A stretch of DNA of 58,349 nt. Origin: Aplysia californica. Lineage: Eukaryota. Shown in pieces: positions 35,148 to 47,634 of this stretch. The translations under genes were made by a program, and so were the position numbers. The DNA is taken from positions 207,018 to 265,366 of the forward strand of contig NW_004797676.1 of NCBI RefSeq assembly GCF_000002075.1. The letters run 5' to 3'. The stretch's first letter is position 1. Every line of letters begins with the position of its first letter. Below the pieces are notes generated by a model that was not told where the DNA came from, ran no database searches, and saw nothing but the letters and a program-made list of their open reading frames with translations.

Positions 35148-37699
35148 CTCTGTCTCTTTCTATCTCTCTAGTTATTATTAGGTTATGAAATTCGTGTGCT
35201 AGTTTCCATAAAATGTGGGTTAAGCTGTCAGGTCGGCCCTTAAGTTTTAATGAGGCGACGGCAAAACTTACCATTTCATCAATCGACCGTTCCTAATTTT
35301 TTGCCCAAAATAGTTGGAACCTTTACTGTCCATTTACTGCCATCTAATGTGTTGATCGTACTAACACAATTTGGTAATGGCTTGCTTGAGCCATCTGTTC
35401 TTATAGGATAAAAAGGGCCTTTCTCATATTTCCCACTACAAAAGTGTAAACACTTTGAGTGCATAGTTTGTAAACCTATTTTTCGAATGGAGGGCTCATG
35501 TAGACTTTTACCTAATATAATTTCATCTCTCGCCTTTATACAAGGTCATGTGACCCTATCCAAACCCTTTGCATGCGTCAATATGAAGGAGGTAAGAATC
35601 AGAGCCCAAAGGATTCATCAAGCTCGATTAGAGCGAAATGCATGGCGTAATGACTCCATAAAGATCTCTCGCGTGAGCCAATAACAATATTTCGTCATCG
35701 TTCAAATCAGCTCAATAAACCTCAGGGTTTTCATTTGAATGTAAAGCAGTGGGTCTAACACGGCGAAAGGAGATCAAAGTTCTATGGGAATGAAATCGAT
35801 CAGTTATACAAGCAGGCAACTGCCCACGGAGAACCATCAGACTGAGTTTAAAAGGTCAGTTGGACTGGTGAGAGATTTAACAGGACGAGCACGTACACGT
35901 TTAGCCAATAATTTGTTATTAAAATGTCTTCTTGATTTCTGTTTCAAATAGTTTGCATTAGTTCACGTGTATGTCTTCTCAAGTTGTAAGTCAATATATA
36001 TGTTGCTGAAACAGGTAGTGCCTCCGTTTTGAAAACCTAGAATATGTTACTAGTTTTGCGGTTTAAATGCCGTTTTGTTCTAGACGCTGTCATTTCCACC
36101 AAAGAATAAGCACATCTGAAACAGTAGAATATAACGTATTGCCACCGGGCTCAAGATCACATTGCAACAATGCAACACGCATTATTCTGCCCCTGTGACG
36201 CTGAATTCCTATGTCAAAGCACATTGGGGTATCGATTAAATTTTATGAAATATCAGGTTCCTGAAGAACATCTTTTAAAAGGTGAAAAAGAGAAGAAACC
36301 AGTTACATTTCTTCCTTATTTCAGATTCTGCCTTCAGCTTCCCTCAACAGCGAACAATCATAAAAATGCTAAATTTGAAGCAAACACGGGCGATCGAAAT
36401 TCACCATTCACATCTCTGCTTAAATGATCTCAAAAGAGTTCTTTTATCCGAACTTCTGTAACGTGAATATTCTAATTCTCGATGTAAATTGTTCTATGTC
36501 ACCCTTAGGCTTTTTTTTTTTTGGATTTAAAACGCAAAAGTAGAAGTCTCGTAAAAGAAAAAAACCCAACAACACTTGCATAAAGCCTTTCTGTTGATTC
36601 TGTGGATAGTTCTTTTCCATTTCGTTCGTGCTCCCTAGATTGGAGACAATACTCAAGTTGAACATAATATCATACTTCCAGTTGATTTACTCTCTACACA
36701 CATCTTTCTGCGACAACACAGTGCGATGTAATGCGGATTTCGGAACTGGCTTAAATGTAAACAACCCTTGCCCCTACGCTTTGCATACCTGACATATCAC
36801 TAACCAAAATTCGTATGCGTATCAAAATACATGTATTTTTCAGAATTTTGTTCGTTTTTGTGTCTTGAATAGATATATGCCAAATCTTGAAGTACAACGA
36901 ATTTTGTTCTTGTCCTATAACATAGTGCCTGGGGTTTCTAAAAATCATTTTATTGTGCCATGCTGTAGACATTATTATGGTGTTTATAATATTTTCAACA
37001 TTTGAACCAACAGCATACCCAACATGACTATGATCAGCTTAACTCGTTAAAGCAGTACCAAAGATTGTACCTTACATTATAGTTCACTTGCCTTTCTGAA
37101 TTTGTAATGCGATACGCAAAAGTCACCAAAAGTAATAGTGGCAGCTATTTGTCAGTGATGCTCGTTTTAGGGATTGACATGTCTTGCCTGCCACGGTCAG
37201 GGGACCAGATTTTCGGAAAATAGTTTACCTTTAGGAAATAAGAAGAAAACTTTCCATCTATGGGTATAGAATCTAGTTACAGAGACTTCGATTATTTTGT
37301 TATAATTATTACTATTATTATCATCATTATTATTACCACCAGTATGATTACCATTTTAATCATTATTATTATCNNNNNNNNNNNNNNNNNNNNNNNNNNN
37401 NNNNNNNNNNNNNNNNNNNNNNNNNNNNNNNNNNNNNNNNNNNNNNNNNNNNNNNNNNNNNNNNNNNNNNNNNGGTGGGTGGGTGGGTGTGTGTGTGTGG
37501 TGAGAGAAATCACAGGGCCGCATACTCATCGGTCACGGAATTGTGAACTCGTAATGATTTTATGTAAGAGAAATATTTTTGGACAGAACATGTTCCATGA
37601 AAAATCACTTCACACTAAGAGAAGGAAAGGGTCCTTTTTGTACGACCAAACTTACAATACAACCCTATCGAGCGTCAAAAATACATTTGTATCTATCAG

Positions 37700-37870
37700 A
37701 TCGGCAAACAGTTCCCAAATTCAGAGGTAAGCTTGCTTGCAGCCTCGACGGTGGCGCCAAATGTGTCTATCTCCGCAACAGACATCGTCCTGTGGCTTCA
37801 AGGGAATGTCGAAGTGTATGCCACGGAGCACGGCAAGACTCACAGTGTCCGTCTGCTCAAGCTCAATGTG
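37700..37870 (+). CDS. LBP/BPI: LBP/BPI coding exon 10
   Basis: ctatcag|ATC...GTG|gtacgt. Encodes IGKQFPNSEVSLLAASTVAPNVSISATDIVLWLQGNVEVYATEHGKTHSVRLLKLNV. Confidence 0.92.
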
Positions 37871-37989
37871 GTACGTAAACTTTCTGTGATTCTGTCTGTG
37901 TAGGTGTTTGGTGTCTTTCTTATATTACAATGTAAGTGATTGATACAACACCCCGGGTTTTGTTGGGTGTGTGTGTGTGGGGGGGGGGG

Positions 37990-38065
37990 GAGCTGTTAGA
38001 AAGGGTCGGAGCCCCGAAGAGCGTGTTCTTCGCCAGGGCCACCGCCTCCCTCGGGTTTGGAACAG
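37990..38065 (-). mobile_element. Interspersed repeat fragment, homologous to about 345-425 (+)
   Basis: gaggcggtggccctgg(t/c)gaaga(g/a)cacgctcttcggggctcc shared in opposite orientation. Confidence 0.65.
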
Positions 38066-38534
38066 AACGGTAGGACTTGTTAGGTCTCACGTCCCGTTCA
38101 GAACGGCTATGTTTGGGGAGCTGTTAGTTGGAGGTTGGGTTTTTGGGGGGTTTTTTGCTTGTTTGTTGTTGTTTTGTATTTTTGCCTCCTTTTTTCCGTG
38201 GTTTTTTTCCAGTTTCGTTTTTAGCGAATGTTGCTATTCGTCTATATGAAGAAATAACAACAATATTGTTTTGTTTTTGCATGTGGGTGTCTATGTTCAT
38301 AACATGTGTTTACATTCACTTTTGGTGTCCCGTCAAAGTAAAAGATTTTATGGCTGTTCTTAACAGTGTCATGTGAGCCGACCACAGTATTATTTGGATG
38401 AAATCTAGATTTCAGATATTATGGATCTGGGGTTTTTTTTGTTTTTTTTCAATGACTGCTTTTCGGATCGTCATTATTCTCAAGGAGCCCAGATAGGCTA
38501 ATCTTTTTTAAAAATCGTTCTATCCGAGAACTTT

Positions 38535-38915
38535 TTCATCCTCATCATTCGCCTCCTTCACCCTGGTATAGGATACAGGCCGCCAAGAAGAGCTCTCCTC
38601 CTATCTCTGTTCTGGGCGACCTTCTCTTCCTCCAGCCAGCTATGTCCCATAAGCCTGAGATCTGCCTCTGGATCCCGCTCCTATGTAGTTCTCGACCTTC
38701 CTGTCTTTCTCTTCTTCTGGGGGTTCCATCTAAGCCTTTGTTGCTTTGTCATGCTGTGGGTTAGCTTCAATAGAGTGTGTCCAATCCAATGTCACCTCCG
38801 CTTTTTTAAATTAATCTCACGGTCAATTATTGGTTGTGGTTTGGTTTGCCTCCATAATACCACGTTTCTGAACGGGTCCAGTCTGTAGATGCCCATTATC
38901 TTCCTCAGACAACCA
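38535..38915 (-). mobile_element. RTE-like LINE 3' end
   Basis: Minus strand reads CLRKIMGIY...WIGHTLLK...W.PQKKRKTGRSRTT...AQNRDRR; the 3' tail is gatga-rich. Confidence 0.65.
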
Positions 38916-39178
38916 ACTGTAATTTGCCTACTTCCTGCCGTGTTAGTCTCCAGAAAAGTGTTTGCCAATTTTAAAGATTATGCATCACCACTGAACGGAT
39001 CTACTTATTAAAATGTATTATCTCTCTGTTGTTTAGCACTAAATGGAATTCCTTGTGTGGAGGCTTTCTCTCCAACTTGAACAAAAGAACAAGCAGAAAT
39101 GACTTTCCCAGTGGGACGATGCTCTCGATATTCTTTTTAAAGCGATTATGACCCTCCCTTAATCGTTGATGGTCGAGG

Positions 39179-39375
39179 TATTTGATGTGCTTATTGATTT
39201 GTGGGTTATTTGATGTGATTATTGATTTGTGGGTTATTTCATGTGATTATTGATTTGTTAGTTATTCGATGTGATAATTAATGTGAAAAGATTAACGATG
39301 ACAATGTATGCGTGAGGTATTTAATGTGATCACTAATGTGTGAAGTACAATGTATTTGATGAGATCATTAATGTT
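39179..39375. repeat. 28-bp minisatellite (tatttgatgtgattattgatttgtgggt), degenerating rightwards
   Basis: Three near-perfect units followed by decayed units. Confidence 0.8.
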
Positions 39376-39397
39376 TGTTTCCCATTTTGCATATTAG

Positions 39398-39465
39398 GCA
39401 GTCAGACTGAACCTGGAAGGGAACTTCACGGGAAACAAACTGTTTTACAAGATTGCTGATTATAA
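39398..39465 (+). CDS. LBP/BPI: LBP/BPI coding exon 11
   Basis: atattag|GCA...TATAA|gtataa. Encodes AVRLNLEGNFTGNKLFYKIADY-K. Phase 0->2, fits exon 12. Confidence 0.8.
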
Positions 39466-40014
39466 GTATAACCTTCAATTTTGACTGCATTGTACTTCTG
39501 TACTTTCTATAGAGAGATCGTTACCTAAATTGAAGAAAAGAGGAGAGGGAGTTTCGAATATAAAAAAGAAAATCTGCACTGAACATTTTCTAATAGAAGA
39601 TTATTTATGTATAGTAATAGTTAATATGATTGTATAGATTTAAAATTCATTGCAACTCTTTTCGTTTATTTTAATTTTATTTTTCTTCTTCTCGTTCATG
39701 ACGAGACCTCTGAATGTGTCTTACTTCCCCAAAAGGAAGGAGCCAAGTAAGTGGTAAGCCTTAAAAACTCCCCAAACAACACAATTTCAAGAACATTCCA
39801 TTGAAGATTTGAACCAGGTGTCCATACCATAGCCCAGCGGGATACCAACAACTGAGCTAAGGGTGTGCGTGACGATTTATAACATAGGCTTAGTTGTTTG
39901 GTGCATAATTATTCTAAAGTGAAATCCGTTACACCCTTTTAAAAAGAAATATGTATTCTAGTGAATGTCATGAATTATGACGCACCTGAAGTGCTTACGT
40001 TTTTCTCTCCTCAG

Positions 40015-40060
40015 AGTGGCTCATGTTGTCGTTCTTAAGTCGAATGTGAGGAATCTGAAT
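40015..40060 (+). CDS. LBP/BPI: LBP/BPI coding exon 12
   Basis: ctcctcag|A...AAT|gtaagt. Encodes KVAHVVVLKSNVRNLN. Phase 2->0. Confidence 0.85.
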
Positions 40061-41750
40061 GTAAGTGGCATTATTGAAAACAAATTAATATATATTCTGA
40101 AGTCGTTAGGATTATATTGTTTGCCTCAAGTGTTCTGTTGAGTAAGGCGGTCTTTCTGCTGGAATGTTATATCACTCTCAGCCCGGTTGACCCTGACCGG
40201 CAGGGTCAGGAGCCCACCTCCTAAATAACACTGGTGTACAAATGTTCAAAATGTGTTTGCTTTGGGGCTCGAACATCACGTTTCGTGTGAGTTTTGGGAC
40301 GCAGAACACGAAAATGGTTGTGAAAATTGACGTTTATGTCTAGTTTTCAAGATATTCAGGTTTTAATATTTAGCAAATAATAAAGAAGGAATAAAATTAG
40401 GGTTACTTCATGGGGTGGGAGGGTATATATTGTCTCTTGGCTTGTCTCTTGTTTTCAAGTTCTGTTGATTTTTCTTGTAACTAACTTACAGTAATCTGCT
40501 GACATGTTATTATCTCTCCATTTGCCTTGATGTCGCTTTGCATAGCTGCAACACTTTGTTGAACACTCCAAAGGTTCATCAGCCACAGCACCACTTTCTT
40601 CATTGTAAAAATTGGGCTGAAAATCATTTTCACAATTGATTATTTCGAAATGTGCTTACTCTCAATCCGTCAGCAAACAAATTCCATTACTGGAACCTTG
40701 AACCTAATAATTCAGCATGCGTGTTGTTAGCTGTAAGTCTGTGAGAAGGTCGTTCAGTCAATTATTCGTGATCCTTTGTGTGTTCTTGCGAAAAAAAAGT
40801 TCGGTGAAAATCAGGTTCATTTGATGTTGAAGCTTCAGTCTGTTTTTCAGGGGTATCTTCTCCCACTTCTTTCAATTCAGTCTTGGCATTTGCTTTTTAG
40901 AGAACTTTAGAGTTTTTTTGTTATTTTGTCCTGTCATTTGATGCCAAAAATTATCCTGAGATATTTCATGTGGAAATCGCTACGCTTCTCGGAATGGCTT
41001 TGGTACTCTTTACAGGTCTGACCACCGTACAACAGGGTTGAGAGGACAATAGCACAATAAACGTTCAATGTTATCTCCTGTGTAAATGCCACAGTAGTCC
41101 CAAGTTCTTGCGCTGAGTCTGCCAAAGTGTACACTGGCTTAATTCAAGTGACAAGCTATTCCCGCATTGATGCGGGCATTTGTAGATGGTATCCTACCAA
41201 GATATTTCACTAACTTAGAATTAAAAAGTTCTATCTGACATTCTTGGAGGTTTTGAGTTACTAGGACCATGAAATCAGAAATCATGTTCTATCTGAGCTA
41301 TCAGAATCGTAAGATTATTTGGAGTCTTTATGAAGATATTCAAAAAATTGCCTTTGAAAAGCTTGACATAATTGTGAAACTCAACATTTTAAACTTCAAA
41401 TTTCTCAAAACTATGGCGCTGAGGGGATAGAACTTAGTAATTCTGGGGTAGCGAATTTAAGCTTTCAACATTGTTCAGTGTTGTGTCATGTATTTTAACT
41501 TCCGGAGGGAGGGTTTGCTTTTCACCAGGGGCAGGCTGCACGAGAACATCTGCCTCTGCTGCGCTTATCTTATAGTGAGTCCAAAATCCTCACATGCATT
41601 TGAAAAAGAGCAACATAGTTTTGCATACTGGGTTCTTCTTGAACAAGCAATTCAAAATCATTGGCACATAACACTTCACATACGTGCATCGGGCTGGGCG
41701 TATGTATGCATGCTTGTACGAACTTAAAATTTCTTATGTCTTCTCCCCAG

Positions 41751-41814
41751 CCACGTGCCCTCAACATCATCCTGAGACTTGCCATGGATACGAAATTTAT
41801 TCCTATGTTCAATG
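41751..41814 (+). CDS. LBP/BPI: LBP/BPI coding exon 13
   Basis: ttctccccag|CCA...AATG|gtgagg. Encodes PRALNIILRLAMDTKFIPMFN-D. Phase 0->1. Confidence 0.88.
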
Positions 41815-42848
41815 GTGAGGATATTTGAGTAGTATTCCATTTCTGAGTGCGCTTGAATGAAGTGGGTTTTTATGCCTAACGTATCGCTTTTTTTATTCAG
41901 GACATGCTACGTATCTGGTAACATTAGGTCTCATGTTGACACGTGTGTGTGTGTGCTGTTGAAGAGATTAGCTTGCTTATTTTGTTGCCCCCCCCCCCCT
42001 TCTAGGCGGTGTAAAAAAGAAGGGGGAGGGTAGACAGAGAAAAAATACAGGTGGTTCACTTTGGACATCTTTTAAAATGGGAAATAAATGTTTATTTCCT
42101 TAACACTTTGCTGCTTTGTCATTTTTCTTTTTTGAAACTGTTGCTTCATTAGGGGGTGGCCCGGTTAACCATGAAGGGCTTAAGGTAATTGGGTCCACTC
42201 TGCAAAGGGCTCCATGACTGAGCTCGGCCCGGTGACTGAGTCAACAGAGGAAATCTGTGTGGTCAGCTGAGCTCACCGTATTCTTAGTCAATTCTCTTTA
42301 TTGCATACGGATGGTTGAAGGGGGCCCACCTGTGGATTCTACGTCTTCACTACCTTTTATTCGTTCTGTACGTTCTGTCTGTCTGCCTGGCTTTTTCCCG
42401 TGCACTATATAACCATCATTATGTCAATGTGCTTCTCTTTTCTCCTCTCTTTTTTATTTTCTTTGGTTGTTTGTTTGTTTGTTTTTTGTTTGTTTGTTTT
42501 TTTTTGCTTTTAGTAATTTGTTACAACACTTGCAACATAAATTGGTTAGGATACAAGTGCCAAAGATTAGAGGTGTTACAAGAGATTAACAAACACAGAA
42601 AAGAAGGAGGAGATATATGTATAAGGACGATAGATGTGATGGGAAAGAAGGAGTAAACTACACAAGAGCATCCTATAAACTCCCACTCTCTTTACCCCAC
42701 ACCCAGACAAACAAATGGACTGTCTCCATGTCTTACTTTTAACAACGGAAAATGAATATCATTGTATGGATGAGTCTCTCTCTTTAAGTCGAGCTCCAAA
42801 TTCCAAACTCAGTACATGACCGTATTGGCATTTTTATTTATTTTTTTA

Positions 42849-44187
42849 CAGGGTGTCCCAAAAGTCGTGCACTAGCCTGGATTTCCTCAAACGACTATAA
42901 TACTGGTTTATATTCTAAAAGGCAGTTATTCTCCAGTTTGGGGTGAAATTGTGTTATCAATTCCACTTGATAATTTAAACTTTGGTGCACATTTAATTTC
43001 TGCCTTACTCTGGTATCTATACTTTAATAAAGAAGGCGAAGATATTCAAAGCAACCGGCTGTTCAGACGGAAAGACGTGGGGGGGGGGGGGGGGGTTATG
43101 GGTTTTGTTTTGAGTTGTTTGTTGTTGTTGTTGTTTTTTGTTCTCGTGTTCGAGAGATTACGGTGTCTGCCTCTCATTCAATTGGTCCCGGGTTCGAATC
43201 CGGAGAGCGACTGAAAATTTTCTTCTCCAATATTTTCTCCTTTCACTTTCCTTCCTGCTCTCTAGCAATGTTCTGTCGCCTGCTTTCTTTTCCACTTTCT
43301 GCACCCACCCCCTCACCTCCTTTGCCCCCTCTTCTGAGCTCCTGACTCTTTCTGCAGCCTTTCTACTGCTACTCCTTGGCTCCTTCTTACTGCTGTCTTA
43401 TAGCCACACCTCTAATCGTATGGAAGGTAAAAATCGAACACCTAGCCTTCTCGGAAAAGGGCAAAAAAACTCGGAGGTACCGTGTACAAGGTATGAACGT
43501 TAAAGATCCCTTGGTGGTCCAAATTCGATAAGAGTAGGTTTCGGCCGCCACCAGAGCAAAATTCAAAATTTGCTACCAACTGAAAATGTTTTATGTGTCC
43601 CGCGCTCATATGACCTTATGCAATTGTGAGCGCCGTAAAACCCTTACAAAAAGAATGATTTAAAACAATAATTTTATTTCGGTGGGGTTGGCTTTTCTTT
43701 ACATGTATACTATCTTTTAAAACAAAACTTAAGAGTAGGTTATCCAATTGAGTGCCCTTGGGAGCTAAACAAGAATTGACTGTCTCAAGAAAGCTGTCTT
43801 TTATCTTTTTCACTTCTGAGTGTTTTTAGGGTTGATCTTTTGACACTCTCTTGTAAGCGCATCCTTCTAATCGTCAATGTCTAGCTGCACCAGAATTACA
43901 AAATTCTATATGCTCAGTACCTAGTTCGAGAAATATGACGAAGAAGTTTTTGAGTTTCACAACAAGTCAAGCTTTTTCGAATGCAATTCTTTGAATACCT
44001 TGATTTCGACTCTGAATAATATTGCGGTTTTGATAGAGCTGAGAGAACATTAATTTGGTTTCTAACCTCATGGTCTTAGTAACTCAAAACGGCCAAAAAT
44101 GTCAGATAGAACCTTGTTATTCTTAGTAGCGTTCTGGGTACGAAGAAGGTTTTTTACAGAATGGTGTGTGACTTTTGGGACACCCTG
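42849..44187. mobile_element. Non-autonomous Tc1/mariner-superfamily element carrying a nested SINE
   Basis: Perfect 18-bp TIR cagggtgtcccaaaagtc / gacttttgggacaccctg, flanked by TA on both sides. Confidence 0.85.
43150..43650 (+). mobile_element. Near full-length tRNA-headed Nin-domain-like SINE
   Basis: B-box ggttcgaatcc, pyrimidine-rich linker, gttaaagatcccttggtgg...aagagtagg central domain, and tail gcgctcatatgaccttatgca.ttg.gagcgccgtaaaac. Related copy at about 44925-45240. Confidence 0.8.
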
Positions 44188-44402
44188 TATATTGGCTAGA
44201 TTTCTCCGTGGCTTTGCTGTCTGTCAGTGTAGTCAAACATTGAGATCTATGGATGATGAGGATGCCGGAGTACAAGAACAATATACAATGTACAGGGTTG
44301 GGTTTTTTAATTCATTTTTACCTCCTTACCTCCCCCCCCCCCCCCCCACCCCCCACCCCACCCATTTGTCCCCCTCCCCCATCCCCCGAACTCATTTTCC
44401 AG

Positions 44403-44473
44403 ACTTCGGAGAGAAAGGCATCAACCTGCCTTTTAGCCAGTTGTTCAACAACGTTAACCTGCAGCCATTTAAT
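44403..44473 (+). CDS. LBP/BPI: LBP/BPI coding exon 14
   Basis: ttttccag|AC...AAT|gtaaga. Encodes DFGEKGINLPFSQLFNNVNLQPFN (G..LP motif). Phase 1->0. Confidence 0.9.
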
Positions 44474-44483
44474 GTAAGATGCT

Positions 44484-44540
<57 letters not shown>

Positions 44541-45806
44541 TGTTGCAATTATTGCTATCTGTATCATCTTTCAGGTCGATACGATTATCGTTGTCTTGAT
44601 TACTGTTATCAGCACTACTTTCCATGTTTTTTCTAAGAATCATTACATGTACTTCGTGGTGTTTGTCATTTTCTTGATCATTTTTGTTGCCATTACCATT
44701 ACTGTTACCATTACCAATATCTTCATTGGCGATTTAAGCTTCCAATTGTTATCTTCATCTTCGCCTTCATCATCCTTATCCTCATCACCATGATTATTCT
44801 GTTTATTATCTTTTTCATCTTAACGGTCATATTATTATCATCATGATTGTTGTCGACAATAGTGTCATAAACCTGATCGTCCCCAGGACGCGCTTGTGGT
44901 CGGGAGGAGGGGGGTGAGGAGAGGGGGCTCAGTAGCTCAACTGGTATATTATATACAAGTATTGCATTTAATTTATTTATCAATTTGGAGGTCCGGGGTT
45001 AGTAGATCTCCACCAGCGTCAGGGTTTGATATTTGGTGGGGGGAGGGGGGCGTCTTTTTTTCTACACCCGTAAGTCCAAGGGTAGGGAGGATCAAGGACT
45101 TAGTCTCAAGGGATAAGATGAAAATTCTCGGAGGTCCCGTGTGGAGTGTAGGTTCGGCAGTTCGAAAATTGAAAAGAGTAGGCCCTTCGGGATGTCGTCC
45201 GAGACCAAAGGCAAGATTATTCTCTACCCAATACTGAAGCAACTTCAATTAAGTCAATGAAGATATTTAAGAGTACTTTTGACTGAGATACTCGATATAA
45301 AATTCTCCTCAATCGGGTCTCCTGCGAGCGACAGCGGAACGTCTGAAACGTCTATCCTTTTTTGCTTCACAGACACCGGTGAAAAATAATTTTAATCTAG
45401 CACCGTATCTTTGACTTTCTGCTGGGATGTTGTATCCCTCTCGGCCCCGGTTTGGACTGACAGGCTAAGTTGGAAGCCTGCCTCCTAAATGATCTAAATT
45501 GTGCCCATTGGAACGTAAAACACCTACATTTAAAAGGTGTTTTAAATCAACAGCTAGACTTGACCTTATGCGCTGACTGGAGGTTATAATGGGATTGGTG
45601 CCATGTCTTACAGTAACTAGAAACATTTGGCCATGATCGTCGATTTTTGCTACAATTTGAGATGTTGTACTTTACTTTTACCTGGCATGACACTTATGCA
45701 ACACCTCAACATAAATCCCGCTGTTGTTTCTCGTTTTCACACAAAATGTGAAAGAACCGGTGTGTTAGAATTAGTAGTCATAATCTTTCTCATGGTCCTC
45801 CCTCAG

Positions 45807-45842
45807 GGCTGCTTGCTCATCTCGGCTGACATCGGCTCTTAA
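45807..45842 (+). CDS. LBP/BPI: LBP/BPI terminal coding exon
   Basis: ctccctcag|GGC. Encodes GCLLISADIGS-TAA, matching the family C-terminus (xLLxxAD). Confidence 0.85.
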   Translation, partial: GCLLISADIGS

Positions 45843-45859
45843 TTGGCCGGGGAAGGGCA

Positions 45860-46060
45860 AGAAGGGACCACAAGAATGCCATGGTCAGCCAACAGTCCCG
45901 ACTACAACCTCATTGAATAATGTGTGAGGCGAAATTGGCCGAAGAGTCCAGCAGCACCAGCCACCACCAGCTAACCGAGAAGAGCTGTAAAAGATCCCAG
46001 AAGAATGAGAAAATTCTAAAACCAGTGATAACATTTAAAACACAATGCGGCTTTGTCCCT
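45860..46060 (+). mobile_element. Tc1 transposase 3' remnant
   Basis: MPWSANSPDYNLIE (WPxxSPDLNPIE-like), then EIGRRVQQHQPPPANREEL. Confidence 0.7.
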
Positions 46061-46364
46061 GACAGATTACTAATAATTCTTAGATCTTTTCCATCTATGT
46101 CTATAGCTCTTCCAATAGATTAAATAGCTCATCATATCTAACTTTGTAGAAAGAATATGAATAATCAATTAAACATACATAAAAATATGTCTCTGCTTCA
46201 ATACTTCTTTTCATTAACATGTTAGTATAGCATTTCTGGTGCCCTGGTCAGGATTTCGTGAAAACTAGTTTCATTTTTAAGATCAGATCAAAATCAAAAG
46301 CTGAATCAGTTTCATCAGAATTCAAACACACATTTCAACACAAAGTATATGGGTAGTTGGTATA

Positions 46365-47634
46365 CAGTCTTCGCAAAAAAGTTAAAGACAGGTCACGATA
46401 ATAGGTAGTATTTTCGAAAAATCTTTTCTTTATTTTTCAGTAATCAGATTTATCTTGTAAAATTCGGTAGCAAGGCTAAGGGGTTAATAGTGAATACGGT
46501 AACCACTTTATAGGTGGCGCGTGCGCGTCATGCGGCATGCTTGGCGCGTGTGAAAATCTGCAATTTCGGCAAAACTGGACCGAGTTTCAAACGTCAGTGA
46601 GCGATACCTGGGGCTTTCTGCAAGGCAAAAACGAGATGCACGTGAAAGAATGCACCTCTGGCTACGAACTGTGCTCACTTGTCTGTCTACATAAGCCGCC
46701 GTTTCAGCTCTGTTTTACAGTATTACCGCGCCAAGCCACATGCCACCACAACAAAAGTTTGACGACTTCGATAGGACCCGGGCAATTGCCTGGCTGCAGG
46801 ATGGAGTTGGCGTACGCGAAGTGTCACGCAGACCTCAGGTATCACACTCCACCATCATACGGCAGAGGTAGCGGTTCGCGGTGACAGGAAGAGTCCAGGA
46901 GCGGCGTCAGGGTCGTCTCAAGAAAACGACAGCAAGAGAAGACCGCTAAATCCAACGCCAAGCCATACAGCAGCGGACTAGCTCTGCCAGCGCCATCAGG
47001 CGACGCCTGCGAGCTGCCACCAACACCACGGTCTGCACGCAGACAATACGTAATCGCCTTCATGACGTCAACCTTCGTGCGCGTCGTCCAGTCAAAAATC
47101 CTAAGCTGGCCCAGGACCAGCAAGCCAACCAAATCTGGTGCACTGAGCACCAGAGGTGGTCACGTGCCCAGTGGACAGAGGTCCTGTTTACTCATGCATC
47201 TCGGTTCTGTCTGACACTCAGTGAAGGCCGAACCCGCATCTGGAGGCATCCACGGGAGCAGCTTGCTGCCAATGCAGTTCAAGAAGTGGTCCCGTTTGGA
47301 GGAGGCTCCATTATGGTTGGTGGGGGGGGGGGGGATCAGCATGCACCACAAAACCCCCCTTTACCACGTCGACCCCCCTTTACCACGTTGACGGTATCCT
47401 GACAGGGCAGCGGTATCTGTAGGAGATCCTTCGACCTCTTGTCGGCCCGGCGCTGCAGGAGATTGGGCCTGTTGTTGTCCTTCAGGACGACAACACCACG
47501 CCGTAGAGGTCCAGGGCTGCCAACGCCTTCTTGCTGCAGGCGGGGATTACCCGCATGGTTTGGCCAGCCAACACAGACCTCAATCCTATTGAACAGTTGT
47601 GGGCTGAGCTTGGTCGGAGAGTTCTGGAGAACCA
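46365..47634 (+). mobile_element. Decayed Tc1-family transposon (5' TIR plus disrupted transposase, ATG 46740)
   Basis: TA|CAGTC end. MPPQQKFDDFDRTRAIAWLQDGVGVREVSRR (HTH), GGGSIMV, LQDDNTTP and WPANTDLNPIEQLW, with stops and frameshifts. Confidence 0.9.

Noticed and set aside
35279-35464. Minus-strand 61-aa ORF near a gtaagt donor inside an LBP/BPI intron (possible nested gene)
   Set aside because: The stop precedes the donor, and there is no homology or partner exon.
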